Assembly (NCBI RefSeq): GCF_025526975.1
Contig: NW_026515675.1
Coordinates: 248,001 to 312,000 of the forward strand
Origin: Fimicolochytrium jonesii
Taxonomy: Eukaryota
Length of the DNA: 64,000 bases
Reading direction: 5' to 3'
In this document: piece after piece, positions 50,587 through 62,812 of the stretch
Numbering within the stretch: the first letter of the stretch is position 1
How the letters are laid out: each line of letters starts with the position of its first letter
Made by a program: the position numbers and the translations under genes
The notes under the pieces: model-generated
What the model was told of the DNA's origin: nothing
The model's database searches: none
Seen by the model: only the letters and a program-made list of their open reading frames with translations

Positions 50587-51245
50587 AGAGACGCACCGCT
50601 CTACAGTCATCTATAAATCCCCCTGCATGTTCCAAAAATTTCGGCGTACAACACTTTGAGGGAAATTGTTTTGACACACACTATAGAGATAGATAGGTCA
50701 TACCGTAGATAGATTCATTTGATAAATGTACAGAATTTGTTTCATCAAAAGTGTTCGACATTGATAATATTGACTTTTCGACTCGCTTCATGCTCGTACG
50801 AGGAAGGACATCTCGAATGTGGGAGGATATACGATCGTGTCTCCCAGTAATGGCCGTACGACATGGACCTGCCTTTGCGAATCACTATCGCCTATTGTAA
50901 TTTCACTGAAGATGCCTTCACCTTGACTAGCCCCCACGAGCATTCTGTCCATCAGTAACGGAAACGCATTCCGCTCTGTGTGCCATTGGCCTCAACCACG
51001 TCATTTCGGCCATTGGACGGATCGGCCCTGCCCATCTGTTATGGACAAGGACTACCGGGACAATGACCCTACCCTTCACATTCAAGACTCTAGATAGATG
51101 GACCGAACGGTGATTGAATAAAGCTTCCGGGATATGCACCCGCTTCTCAAATTCCTAGGGCCCTCCTTGCGTTGCTCAATAACAGCAAGAGGATTTAACA
51201 GAGGATCAGACACGGACCTACCCTCCTCCTCCCATCTGGGGCTCG

Positions 51246-51458
51246 TGTCTCGGGTAACATTACCAACCACGAAATGCACACGTACTGTACCTCTCCGTAC
51301 CTTTCAAGAAGTGTCTTCATGACTAGCTGCTTCAAGAATAATGAGTGTACTCATGTCTCGGGTGAAATTACCAACCACGAAATGCGCACGTACCCCACGG
51401 ACCTTCCAAAAAGTGTCTTCATGGCTACTGTAGCTGCTTTCAGGAATACTGAGTGCAC
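51246..51458. repeat. Diverged tandem duplication, 2 copies, period 108 bp
   Basis: Both copies (51246, 51354) contain TGTCTCGGGT, ATTACCAACCACGAAATGC, AAGTGTCTTCATG and TAGCTGCTT. Confidence 0.85.
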
Positions 51459-51670
51459 GAGGAAAGCGGTAGGAAAGCCGCAGTTTGAGACCCAGCTCGA
51501 TACGCGAGGGGATCTGGTGACCATGCTTGAGGGGATTGGGAGGCGGGGCCGGGGGCGGGATATGCCGAACAGCAATGTCCCTTTGAATCTCCTGAAGGAG
51601 ACGGACCGGAGCTGCAGGAGAGGTAATTGAAAAGGTGAATCGGAGTCCATGACACACTGATTACGCCCGG

Positions 51671-54545
51671 TAACGCGTGCAAACTCGGAAACAACGCGAG
51701 CTTTGACGCGTGCTTAATCAGCAAGTCGACGCTTGTTGAACCTCAAACCCTCAGTGTATACATACTTGTGTGGCCGGTCTCCAACTATACGTAGTCAATG
51801 GCCGCAAGTACTTTCTTTCATTGGTCTCGGATGTTTGGCACCCGTCACTTAATCATGCGTACTGAAGATCGTGTCTTCCCGCTCTGATGCTAACCAGCTC
51901 TTCCTGGCCTTCTTGGAACCTACCAATGTGGTCCATCACAGGACTATATTTTAATCGCAACGCTTAGTTCCCTCGTGCACTTAGACTCAAACCAAAGAAA
52001 AGCTTAGCGGCTTTTGGCGGGCGCGTGCAGTGCACTCAAGGGCTTTGAAATACATGGATGCATATACCAAGTCACATCATGTTCACTGCATCTCAAGAGA
52101 CAGATTTACGGCTCGTATCAGGTCCTTCGTACAAACGCTCTGTGCTCAGTCGACGGGAGAAATCTGCCACTCACACTGTACGACTTTGATATATCATCAC
52201 TCACTCCTTGGGTATCGTGCGTGTACAGATGGGGCATCAACCCCTTGAGGTGGTGATGGGGGAGTCGATACAATCCTTGCGCGATAAGCCAACTCCGATA
52301 ATTCCACCATCTCGCTTCTGAGAACACTCACATGTATGGGCACTGGGATCTAGCCAGTGCGGAACATGCCCCTCGTCTTTTGTTCCAAAGAAAGGCACAG
52401 GATGCCATTCCAGTGGAAGTTGGATATGCCTCGGGCCAGGACACATAGTGTACATTTACCTTCCATCCAAAGACCTTCGTTCTGGTTCCTCTTTTGAACC
52501 AGCTTGGATGAATGATTAAGCCGGAAACGATAGGACGATCGCTCTTTTATAGCCCAGTTCACACGCACAACTCCCTTACCGGAATTGCGCGAGCGGGCTA
52601 GGCACGACGCTGAACAGCTTGGAGGTCCGGATTCCGGTTTGCACCTTATTGCCATGCTTCGCGTTTCTTCTCTGGTACCTTGTACTTACGTATCAGGGGG
52701 AAATCCCGAAGTGTGTGCTGATCCTTTTTTTTTTCCGGCCCGCAGAACAAAATAACGCGTGAACACCGTGAAACGCGAAATGGACGCGTGCTTAGTCAGC
52801 CAGTTGGTTGCCGCTTTCCTACACTTTGCCGACGACTCACGCCTACAGTATACAGGACGGATCAAGATAAGTATCATGTAACCCCCGGCAGGCTCTATTA
52901 CGCTGATTACGCCCGGGGTGCTTCCCGGAACTCTGCATTTGCTGGTGCGGGTCGGGCGACATGCTGACCAGCTTGGCCGTTCCTCTCTGCCTTTCTGAGG
53001 CATCCAGTCTCAAGTGGGAAGTGGAATCCGGGAGAAAAACATTGAATTCAGGCCCAGGGCCACAGAATGCGTACGATTGCTGAAAACGCCAAACTGACGC
53101 GTGCGTAGTCAGCAAGTTACTTTCGTCGGCGTTGGACTTTTGCGAAACTTTCTCAACGTCTTTTTCACCACTACCCAAGAAACCGGGCGTCGCTCTGAAG
53201 TGCTCTACATACACACGCGTTTTCGCGGAATCCTGCTTTTGCGGGAGCAATGCTGACCATCTCAGGGTCCGCGTTCGCTGCGTCATGCATCTTGCACTAT
53301 GGTCCTCGGGGGGAGAAAAAGTAGCGCGGACTCGAGTTTGGGAGGCAACTTGGGAATTGAGGTCGAGGGAATGTTTTCTTCAGAGCCATGTCCGGATAAC
53401 GGGTGACAACGCGCGTGCTAAGTTAGTTGAGGCTCTACTCCAGAGACTGCCTACAAGCGAATGGAGATTGAGACAGCAAACATGCCTGCCTTTTCGTGCG
53501 CGGTGCCAAAACGCAAGGCGTCCCCACCGGATTCTCGACTTACATAAGTATTCCGGGGAAAGGCAATCGTTTCTTGTTCCTCTCGCGAATATATATGTAC
53601 CGCCCGACGCGTGCCGATTGGGAATCTTGAATTACGGGAGCGTGCCGGGCCAGATGCTGAACAGCTTTCATTCGAATTTTTTTTTTCACTTTGTCAATCA
53701 TGTCCCTCCCTCTGTAAATTTACTTTTGTCTGATCCTGGGCAGTGGGGGTTGCGGGATGGAAAATGCAGGGAGCTGGGAATCTATGTTCAGCGGGAATAG
53801 TCAGAAACGGCGCGCTGAACAAAACGCCGCCAGAACTTTGAAAACGCGTGCTTGGTCAGCCGAGCAAGTGTCGCACATGCATATACAAGTGCAAAGGACG
53901 ACTGCCACGCCCGCCTAAGGACGAATGGTCTCCCGTACTGCAGTGATACCAGATCGTGAGCCAATTCACCGTGGGGCATCGAACGTACGCGGGCTCACCT
54001 TATTCCCTTCGTGGTTATGCCTCGGCCAGTTTCGCAAAGTGCACGCTTACATTCTCTACACGTCAAGCCTTCAAGTTGTGTCTCACACCCTCCGCCAGCA
54101 AGCTCTTGGTACACTGGTCGCGCTTTTATGGCAAGACACTCCCGGCAGAATCGCGCGAGCGGGGCGTCCCATTTCTTTGATGCTGTTATTTCTTTGAAGC
54201 GTTGCCCTGGTCACCAGGCCTGAAGGGCGCCGGGGGTCAATGTAGATTGGAGTTACGTCTTAAAGGGGAAACTTTTAGAAAGTGCTCAGGTGTTGCGAAA
54301 GCCAAAAAAACGCGTCTGAACGCGTGCTTACGTAGTCAGACTTCTTGGCCAGTAACCTGAAAAACTGCGGTCAAGGACCCCACTCTGAGTCCGAATTTAG
54401 TCTCATACCCTCCAGCTTTGATGTCCAAATTGCGCGAGATACTGGGGGACATAGGAGGGGGGCATAAGGGAGCATATGGAGAGCTTGGGACTTTAGGCTC
54501 CCATGTCGGATGTTTCAGGGGAAGACGTCGAGAAAACGCGTCCTT
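51671..54545 (+). repeat. Dispersed co-oriented motif ACGCGTGCTTAGTCAGC, 5-7 degenerate copies
   Basis: Copies at 51706 (..TTAATCAGC), 52784 (exact), 53097 (..GTAGTCAGC), 53844 (..TTGGTCAGC) and 54320 (with insertion); weaker at 53411 and 54536. Most are preceded by extra AACGC(G) boxes. Confidence 0.7.
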
Positions 54546-55219
54546 CGACTCCTCAGTAAGACTGTAAGCAAAACAGCATGAGCATATGGACATGTGGTAT
54601 CCCCTGGCCCGAGTTCGACCCGGTTGACTAGTCTCCTTACACAAAACTCTGAACCCTGCCCCCGCTCCTCTCCCCCTCGTGCTCCTGCCCCTCTCCTGCT
54701 CCTGCCTGTCCAAGGAAACCAACGCGGGACCAGTCCCGGCGTCATAAATTGCCTCCCCAACCGCTGGGGCCGCGGAGGTGAGGGGCAGAAGGCTTGGGGC
54801 CAAGAGGCTTGCATGGAAGAGGCTTGCAAGAGCTCCTTTTCGATTTCAACGTTGTCTTGGCCACGTTGTTTGCACATGGCCGCTGGCGCGGCGCTAGCGA
54901 GGGATGAAGTAAAGCAGTTCGCTGCCATCGAGTCGCGTCCGCGGCGCGTCGACATTTCGACCCTGTCCCATCTCGACGCAGTGTTTCCCACCACGATCCA
55001 GTTTTTTTTTTTGGAATATACAGTAAAAAAGACTCACAAGGTTGATGCGCTAACGCAGTTTGCTTCGAGACTGGAGCCTCAGCTCGTGGTGTGGTATTTG
55101 TTCCAAAATGTAGGAGTGTGTACAAATATATATATAAAGATGCGTTCTTCTCCAGGGAAGAACCTTCTCCGTTCCCTCACGTCACGACGATCTACAGAGA
55201 GGCAGGCGGGCGGGGGTCC

Positions 55220-55637
55220 TTATTGCTGACCCTCCCTGACAAGCTTAGAGATCTCACGGTCAATCTCAGCAGCCTGGTCGTTCTTTCCCTCGGACTGAAG
55301 CTTGGCGGCATCGTGCTTGAGGGCCTCTATTTGGTCGTCGAGCTCGATCTTCTCGTCCTTGTTGGCCTTGTGGTGGGTTCCCTCCTTTGCGGGGTGCTTT
55401 GCGGAACCGGCGGTGTGCTCCTCGACCTTGTCAGCGAGGGTTGTCTCGGTGACGTGCTTGCTGGACGGGGCCGAGGCGTTGTCGGGGCGGTCGGTGTCTG
55501 GGAGAAGGAGAGGAAGAGAGTTGGGTGAGATGGGGGTATTCACAACGCTACGGAAGCCAACGCCCGAGCTCAGTGGGGAGTTGCAGCTGGATGTACTTAC
55601 AGTGAGGGCCGCCGGTGTTTTCGGTGATCTTGGTCAT
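55220..55637 (-). CDS. Small hydrophilic (LEA/hydrophilin-like) protein, 104 aa; exons 55637-55601 and 55497-55220
   Basis: ATG exon plus a GTAAGT...CCCAG intron joins in frame. Strongly biased codons; K/E/H/D/A-rich with no Cys or Trp. Confidence 0.75.
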
Positions 55638-55979
55638 GTTGATAGATGGGTGGGTGGGTGGGAGGGTGAGTATTGAGTTTGTGGGATGTGTGTGTTATGA
55701 AGAGCGAAGAGGGGCGGCAGCGAGGGAGTGCTTGCCTTTTGTACTGCATGTAGGCCGGCCTGCGAAGTGCACATTACCCCAGGGGCTTCGCGAGAAGGGC
55801 AGAGCCCCTTCAGATGTGCTCTGATGTCATGCATGCCATACGCAGTAAACTCAGTTGTAAAGGGGACTTTGCATGACGTGCTGTCACCCAGCGAGCCACG
55901 CAGCTTCGATCTCGAGTCCTTTGACAGCATGCGCTTTCCGCCCCCCACTCATCATACAGTACCCAGGTGGCTGTGCTCG

Positions 55980-57400
55980 GCAAGAAACCCGTGAGGTCAG
56001 GCAGGGAATCCAGCACGCCCAGCAGAGAACCAGGCAGGGAATCCTGCAAATTGAGCAGGGAATCGTGCAACTCCAGCAGTCCCTTGATCGCCCCTTCCTT
56101 GAAGTTCCGCCCTCCATCGCCAGTAAATCTGGTGGTGGCCGGCAGAAACAAAGATCTGTCGAATAGGGGGTAGCGTCGGTTCTTGGGGAAGTCAAGCTGC
56201 TGGTCTCTCTCGATACCAGCGGTCACGAGGTCTCGGTGTCTGCTAGGGAACCCTCCATTCCCCTCACGGAGCCGCAGGCGACACGGGAACGGATGGAGAA
56301 ATTTCAACCAACCGCATTCTGAAGAGGCAAGCAACGAAGTGGACCTTACCACGCCACTCCCAGAGTGTCCAATCTGTATCATCGAGTGCCCCGAAGTCTC
56401 ACCGGAATGCACGCACACACTCTGCATCTCATCTCAGTGTTTTTTCCGCTTGGCCGACAACAAGAGCAAACATCCCGACTGCAGCTACGAACATCATAAA
56501 GTGGCTGTCAACCAAGTGACAAATGCCAAATGTGCGGGGTGTGGGCCAAAGGAAGAAGAGTTGCCATGTGGCTGGACCTACCCGCGACACGCTTATATCT
56601 AAGGCACGAAATGCAGGCAGTGAATGAAGGCACGGGATCTGGAGACTTTTCGGGAGACTGACGAGTAGAGAGAGAGCAGACTTTGCGTACACCGTTCAAT
56701 GCAGCTGAACCATGCCGAGGGGCTCGATTAATCAGGACTGCCAGGTTCGAGCACCGTGAACAACGTGGCAACAGCGTTCTAAGGGGGAACGAATACCGAT
56801 GGAACACAGAAGACGATTGTTGGGCAACTTGGCTGGTGGAGGGGATGTATGTGTGGCGCAGGATATGATCGGTCAGCACAATCGCTGCGACGCAAGACAA
56901 AACTGGGCATCCGTGGGTTCCTTTAAACTTGCCGACGCCCAGTTTGGTCTAGCCAGTGCATCTCCGGCGACTCAGATCATCGTAGTACGACAGAATCTGC
57001 AAACGAGATTACTGACTGGCTGATGTGGTGCTTGAACGCGGGATAAGAAGTCAGAGCTTTCAGCGCAGCCACCATCCAGCGAAGGCAAACACTCTGCACG
57101 TCGAGAACCCGACTACATTACCGAGACTGGTTAACGACGCCGAATGTCGCATCAGGATCCCGCAGCCCATCAAGAAGGCTTTTCGGCATCTGCGAGTCTG
57201 ATCCCGGACGCAGGTCATGGGGCTTCTCGCAGGACAACCAGCCCTCGCCCCGCGTAGTAGTGTCGGCCCGGCAGCTGACGTCCTCAGTCCCGACATCCTC
57301 AGCGGTCGCCAGGCGTTGACCACTTGTGCATCAGACCTAAGCTGTGGAGTGTCTTCCGTTGCCGCTGATCTACGTCGGAGAGAAACTGCGGACAATGGGT
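55980..57400 (+). pseudogene. Possible decayed gene: coiled-coil repeat and Cys-rich (RING-like) fragments
   Basis: Three GCAGGGAATC repeats encoding xQGI heptads, then CPICIIECPEVSPECTHTLC...CAGC, then protein-like fragments broken by stops and frameshifts. Confidence 0.3.
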
Positions 57401-57840
57401 TTGAGAGTTGGGGATGTTTCCAATCTCATCATGAGAGGAAGAGAGACCCGTGGTTCATCAGAACGCTTTATGCCGTCAAATTCTACAACAAAATCGATAC
57501 TCCTCTGCCATTATCGACACCACCGTTGAAAATGCCAGCCCCGCGACACTCCGACCCCTATGGGATCAAAGAGAGTGCACTCGTAATGAGAAAAGCAGCT
57601 GCATCAACGGCGCATAGGAGTAGGGTAAAAGATGGTTGCCGAAACTCGAACGAGGACCGGAGCCTCCGAAATGTATTGCGGGGGCGGATTTCAGTGCAGT
57701 GACATGCCTCATGGGAGTCGGTCTAGCCTAGATCCAGTCAACACCATCAGTGTTCACATAATGAGTTTTTGAAGAACATGGAAAAAAGGAGGACACTCTT
57801 GCACTCGAATGTGACATCCACTGGGGATTTGCAAAAGAAT

Positions 57841-57914
57841 TGCCCTCACCGAGATTCGAACTCGGGACCTTCTGCTTACTAGGCAGACGCTCTATCCAAC
57901 TGAGCCATGAGGGC
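57841..57914 (-). tRNA. tRNA-Thr (anticodon AGT)
   Basis: GCCCTCA acceptor stem, D-arm GCTCAGTTGGATAGAGC, anticodon arm TCTGC-CTAGTAA-GCAGA, T-arm CCGAG-TTCGAAT-CTCGG, followed by a TTCTTTT Pol III terminator. Confidence 0.97.
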
Positions 57915-58165
57915 TGGTTGAATATGGCTGCGGGATGGACGTCCATGACTCCAGTGTGTGTCACGCTGTGGCGTTCCTGCCGCCTACGTCACTCCTACGC
58001 GTCCTTGCGTGGCTGCTTCACCTCTCCACTGCGTCCCTCCCTCTATTTGCCGCCCTGTGCAATTTGACTTCCAGCCTCCAAACAATCCCCAAGTGTCGCA
58101 AAACCTCGTCAGTCCACTTACGCAACGCTCGAACTCGCCTAATAATCACAAGTCGCTAAAGCACT

Positions 58166-58810
58166 ATGTACTCCCGATCACTCTCCGCCGTCGCCCGTCG
58201 CATCCCAAGCATCGCCGCTCGACCCTTGCGAGCCCTGTCGACGACACCTCAACGACTCGATCTGAACAAAGATGCTCTGGCCAAAGGTCATCGAGCGGCC
58301 AAGATCGCTTATAACGAAGAGCAGAAGCTGAGGGGCGGGCATGATAATGATCACGGTGTTGAAGCTGGTGCGTTCTTCGATTTGGAGTGCTTTGCAACGA
58401 GCACGAAGGGGATAGCTAATATTTGTGACGTTTTTAGCGAAGAAAGGGCAGACGGGGCAGATTTACAGGTATGATTCCACGGACACTGTTATGTGGTGGA
58501 TAGCACATATGTGACCCACGGCATTTGATTTGACAGCTATGCTTCTTCATTTTTCACAGTGACATGGCAAAAGCAGGAATGGACGCAAAGAAGCAGAATG
58601 ACGGGCAACAAGCAACAAAAACGGACTCTAGCTACGTTTCGGACTCGGCTCCACGTAGGTTTTTGCATCTTTTACTTTGTTGACTTCTTACGTATTGACA
58701 TCGGTCAAACTTCCACAGGGCCGATCATTGGTCTGGAAGACGAGCGCGGTGGTTTCAACCGCCCTGCCAGTGGAGGAGACTTCAAGAAGGCGTCCAAACA
58801 GCGCAAGTAG
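58166..58810 (+). CDS. Small mitochondrial-targeted hydrophilic protein, 4 exons
   Basis: Presequence MYSRSLSAVARRIPSIAARPLRALSTT; three GT-AG introns; C-terminal PIIGLEDERGG resembling the PVIGMNDERG motif of uncharacterised small fungal proteins. Confidence 0.65.
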
Positions 58811-58960
58811 TGTACATCATAGCATTCAAAGGAAACGGATTTCAGCATAAGAGTGCGCAGATTTTGGGAATAGTGCGTGATTCCAATGTCTAATATCGAG
58901 CAAATGTCACACAATCGCAAACGACAAAGTCCGCCATGCAGCTGTGAACCGAGCTTCTCA

Positions 58961-60985
58961 TCACTCTCTTGCCGGTGACGCCTTAACCACACTGCCCTTC
59001 GCCTTGGGCAACGGCGGCTTATATGCCGTCCTCATCTTCATCCTCTCCTCTCTCGACGGCAAGTTTCCCCCATTCCCTGCACCACCAGCATTCTGCCCCG
59101 GCCGCATTGCATTAGCCCTATACATCGCCTTCTGCTTCGACTCCTTGCAGAACGGTATATGTCTCGCAGCCGTGTCCTTCTGGAACCGGCGGCCGCAGTG
59201 CGTGCAAGGGACCAGGTCCGGGTCCACGTCGGTGGAGGACGCGGCGGCGGTGCCGGGGGCGAGGGAGGAGGAGGAGCGGTTGTTGGAGGTAGTGCTGTTT
59301 GTGCGGTCGAGAGGCTGGCGGGCGGCGCGCACCATTTGGATGAATTTGTCGTGCTTGAGACGCCAGTTGGAGGCGCGGGGTTTGAGGAGGGTGTCTTCGT
59401 GGCTGGCGGCTTTGCCCTGTGGGAAGAGTTGCTCAGTGTCCGGTCCTTGATGCGGTCAACGCAAATGCAACAGCGAAAGTTCGTCTTCCAGTCCATACCT
59501 TTCTGTCGTCAAGGATCGAGTTTGCCCTCGTCTTACTAGCATACTGCTCCAATTCCGTCCCCTTAACCCTCGCCTTCGTAGCATCATACGTCTTCCTGGG
59601 CTTCTTCACCTTCGCGCAAGCTCCCATATGCTTATCCTATAAACCAATTGAAAAATTAGCTCCCAAACCCACAGATCAACCCTACCCAGACCCAGAAGAC
59701 CCACCAATCGATCTTGCTCCAAAAACTTCCTTCCACACATCAAACACGGTAACCGCGTATCCACATCCCCCGCGCCATCATCCCACTCCTGCCTGCCCTT
59801 GTTCGACTGTTCACGCACATCAGGCGCGGCGGGGACAGGCTCACGCGCCAAAGGAGCGAAATCACGCCAGCTGAAGTTGTTCGGGTCGTCGTCTTCTGTT
59901 GCGTGGGGGATTCCAATCGCTTTTTCTTGAACGGCGGGCGGTGGTGGGGGAGAATCATGGAATCTCTCTTGGTGCACGGGTTTGCGTCCCGGAGAGGCAG
60001 GCCACTCTTCATCTGAATGGGTGTTATACCTCCCCTCCTGCGGTGCGCGATGCGCTGCGTGATTCTGATTCTGATTCGGGTGCACACCCCCACTGCTCCT
60101 GGCCGCTCTCGTATGCGCGCTAGCAGGGTGCTGGGCGATGATCGTCTTCTTCGGGACGAACCGGCTTGCGCTTGCCGGCGTGTTGCTGTTGTGATGCATG
60201 CTCCCCCCGCTGGGGGTCGCGCCGTACCTATTCGGCGCATACTCGGCTGCGGCGGCCGCTGTCCTGCGGATGGGTCGGTCGTGAGGTGGGGATTCGTCTT
60301 CGAAGGGTTCATCATAGTGGGATGGATGCGGGTCGTCACGGTGGTGACGGGTGGGGCTGTAGTAGGACCGCTCCTCGTCGTCGTGGACGGGGTGGCCGCT
60401 GAAGTTGGGGGATGACGCCCATTCGGGTCTGTTGGCGAAGGGTTGTTTCGTTGGCGTGGCGGTGGAGGAACGGCCGGCGGTCGGCTGGGCGGGGCGGGAG
60501 GGGGATGAGAAGGGGGCTGATAGTCTGTGACGGGCGACTGAGTCTGCTCAGCGAAGGTAATGCATGGGATGTTAGACATGAAATAAAAGGCAGAAAGCTT
60601 GTGGCAACTGTGTACTCACCACCACCACCGCTTTTGCCACAACTCATCATGAAGCTCTGTCCCTCCGGCCCACCCGCAAACGACGGATACACTGATCCCG
60701 TCCGCGAGTTCCTGTTGCCGGTTCGCACACTTTTGCGCAAGCAGCTGTCATCAAGAAGGCGTCAGATGCTCCGCTAAATTCCCATACCCTTCATCCCCAT
60801 GACTAATTCCCCCCAACTCACCTCCTCTGATGCGCCGGCAACGACGCTTTCGCAAACGTATTCCCACAAATATGGCACAAGCGGGCGTTGGCAGCCGATA
60901 CGGGCGCGCTCTGCGGTTTAAAGCCGGAGGCAAACCCGTGTGGTGGGGTGGTGGATTCGCTGGGGTCGAGTTGGGTGGTCATCAT
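58961..60985 (-). CDS. Zinc finger C2HC (zf-C2HC_2) protein, ZC2HC1-like; start may lie upstream (about 61210)
   Basis: Fingers CHICGNTF...H, LPCLMCGRKF...HMGAC and LVPCTHCGRRF....AARHIPFC; RKTYDATKARVKGTEL and WRLKHDKFIQMVRAAR are typical ZC2HC1 motifs. Confidence 0.85.
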
Positions 60986-61573
60986 GCCTGCTGGTTTTGC
61001 GGCGAGGGTGGGTTTGAGAGCGTCGGAGTAGGTTTGTGGGGCGTATGTTGGTATGTGAGCGCTGCTGGTACGACTGAATAGGGGCGACACAATCTGAATC
61101 GTCGATACCTAGATGTTGGACTTGAGTGAACCTGCTTTCCTTGCATATGCAGCTTCCTTCTGCAGGTGGTGGTTGTGAACAGCCCGGTCGGGTTCCTCAG
61201 CCGAAGGCATGGAGCGGAAAGTGCAGAAACGCGTCAACACCACACGGTTGCCTCACGCGTTTGCACGGACAGCCGACACACAGGCCACAAAAACAGACAT
61301 TTAGCAGGTACGCTGCCGTAGATACTGCTTATGAGGACATAAGATTCACTAGCGCCGAGACAACTACCTTTATTGACTATTCTTTTCCAAAACTGGTGTC
61401 CACCCAAAAAAACATATGTATGATGCAAAAGTGTCGCACAATGAATGATATGTCTCGCCAAAGAAAGGCAATGAAAGCACGCTCAGCGACTCCACCCCGG
61501 GCCACGACGCATATCCCGTGTCCGTGCCAGTTAGAGCATCCTCCTCCCCGGTCCCAATTCCTCTCCTCCCTCA

Positions 61574-62812
61574 CTACTTTCCAGGAAAGGAGACCGCATT
61601 CCCGCCATCCAAAGGCTCAAGCAACAACCCCTCCAATCCATCCCTCCGCCCCTTCCAATACATCATCTCAGCCGCCCGAATGAGTTTGATCTTCTCCTTT
61701 TCCCATTCGCGCTTTTCCAGCTCATACAAGGCCGCAACACGGAGGGCTTGTGACCGCGCGTCACTGTCAGGGGCGCGTTGCTGTTGGTGCGACGGGTGGG
61801 ATGTCCCTCGTGTCGGGGATAGGATGAGATGTGTGCTGCTGCCGGGATACGGAGGTGAATGTGAGTGTGAGATGTGCTGAGAAGAGTCATAAATTGCCGA
61901 GCTGTCCATGTCGGCAAAAAGTGTAGGATCATCGCCGACGAGATCAAAAGACCGGTCGGTAGCTGATGAGTGTGAGGAGGTAGCTGGTGATGCCACCGAT
62001 GGTTGCTGTGGTGCGGTATTTTTTTGTGTGAGAGGGTAATGCTGTTGCTGTTGCTGTTGTTGTGGATGATGAGTGGTGGATGTGGCGACTGTAGTGGTGG
62101 TTGTCGTGGTGGTTGTGGCAGGAGGTCCTGGGGGTTTGGGAGGCGGAGGGCCTACGTGTTTGCGGGATGAGAGAAAGAGCTTGCGGAGGGCGGCGTGTGG
62201 GCGGAAAAGGCTGAAGAAACTGACAAAGTACGATCGATAGCTTTCCTGTGGAGATGAATATAACCAGAAAGGTCGCATTATGTTAGCCCGAAAAACGTTC
62301 GGACTCGCCAGAAACCGAAGCACGCTGATTGTCGGAGTTGTTTCATCGACTTTTCCCGTCAAATCCTTCCCGACCCCTTCAAGCAAGACACTCACATAAA
62401 ACAGCCAGATCGTGATCCCACCAACAAGCGCTACGACCGCATTGTATTTCCCCCATCCTCTCACAGCTACCCTACCACCACGAGCACCGGTCAGCCAAGC
62501 CATCGTATCGTCACCCGCCGCGCGCAACCTATTCCGTAGCGGCTGCGAGGCCGGATTCGTATGGAGCGCCGGCACTGATGACGGCTGTGGCAGCGCCGGA
62601 AGGTCTGCTTCGCCGAGGCTGGCGAGACTTAGCTTCCTTAGCTGCTGCTCGAACTCTGCTTGTTGGAGCCTGCGGTTCTGGAAGTAGCTGAGGAGAGCCA
62701 AGAGCGTCAGGCTCTGGAAAAAAGGAGGTGGGGAAGGGCGGAGAAGTAGGAGCAAGAGCGCTTGGGTGGGGCGGTAGAGGAGAAAGTCGACGAAGGCCCT
62801 CGGAAGAGACAT
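61574..62812 (-). CDS. Uncharacterised membrane protein with poly-T/poly-Q tract and coiled coils
   Basis: Long ORF from MSLPRAF with hydrophobic helices (YNAVVALVGGITIWLFYVSVLL) and the C-terminal coiled coil YELEKREWEKEKIKL. Confidence 0.6.
   Translation of the reverse strand: MSLPRAFVDFLLYRPTQALLLLLLRPSPPPFFQSLTLLALLSYFQNRRLQQAEFEQQLRKLSLASLGEADLPALPQPSSVPALHTNPASQPLRNRLRAAGDDTMAWLTGARGGRVAVRGWGKYNAVVALVGGITIWLFYVSVLLEGVGKDLTGKVDETTPTISVLRFLASPNVFRANIMRPFWLYSSPQESYRSYFVSFFSLFRPHAALRKLFLSSRKHVGPPPPKPPGPPATTTTTTTTTVATSTTHHPQQQQQQQHYPLTQKNTAPQQPSVASPATSSHSSATDRSFDLVGDDPTLFADMDSSAIYDSSQHISHSHSPPYPGSSTHLILSPTRGTSHPSHQQQRAPDSDARSQALRVAALYELEKREWEKEKIKLIRAAEMMYWKGRRDGLEGLLLEPLDGGNAVSFPGK

Noticed and set aside
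51671..54545. CRISPR-like reading of the repeated 17-mer
   Set aside because: Spacers are hundreds of bp and irregular, repeats are degenerate, no cas genes, eukaryotic context.
2746..58810. Apparent cluster of mitochondrial genes (MICU1, ATP10, MSF1, VDAC)
   Set aside because: Interspersed with unrelated genes; the number is plausible by chance.
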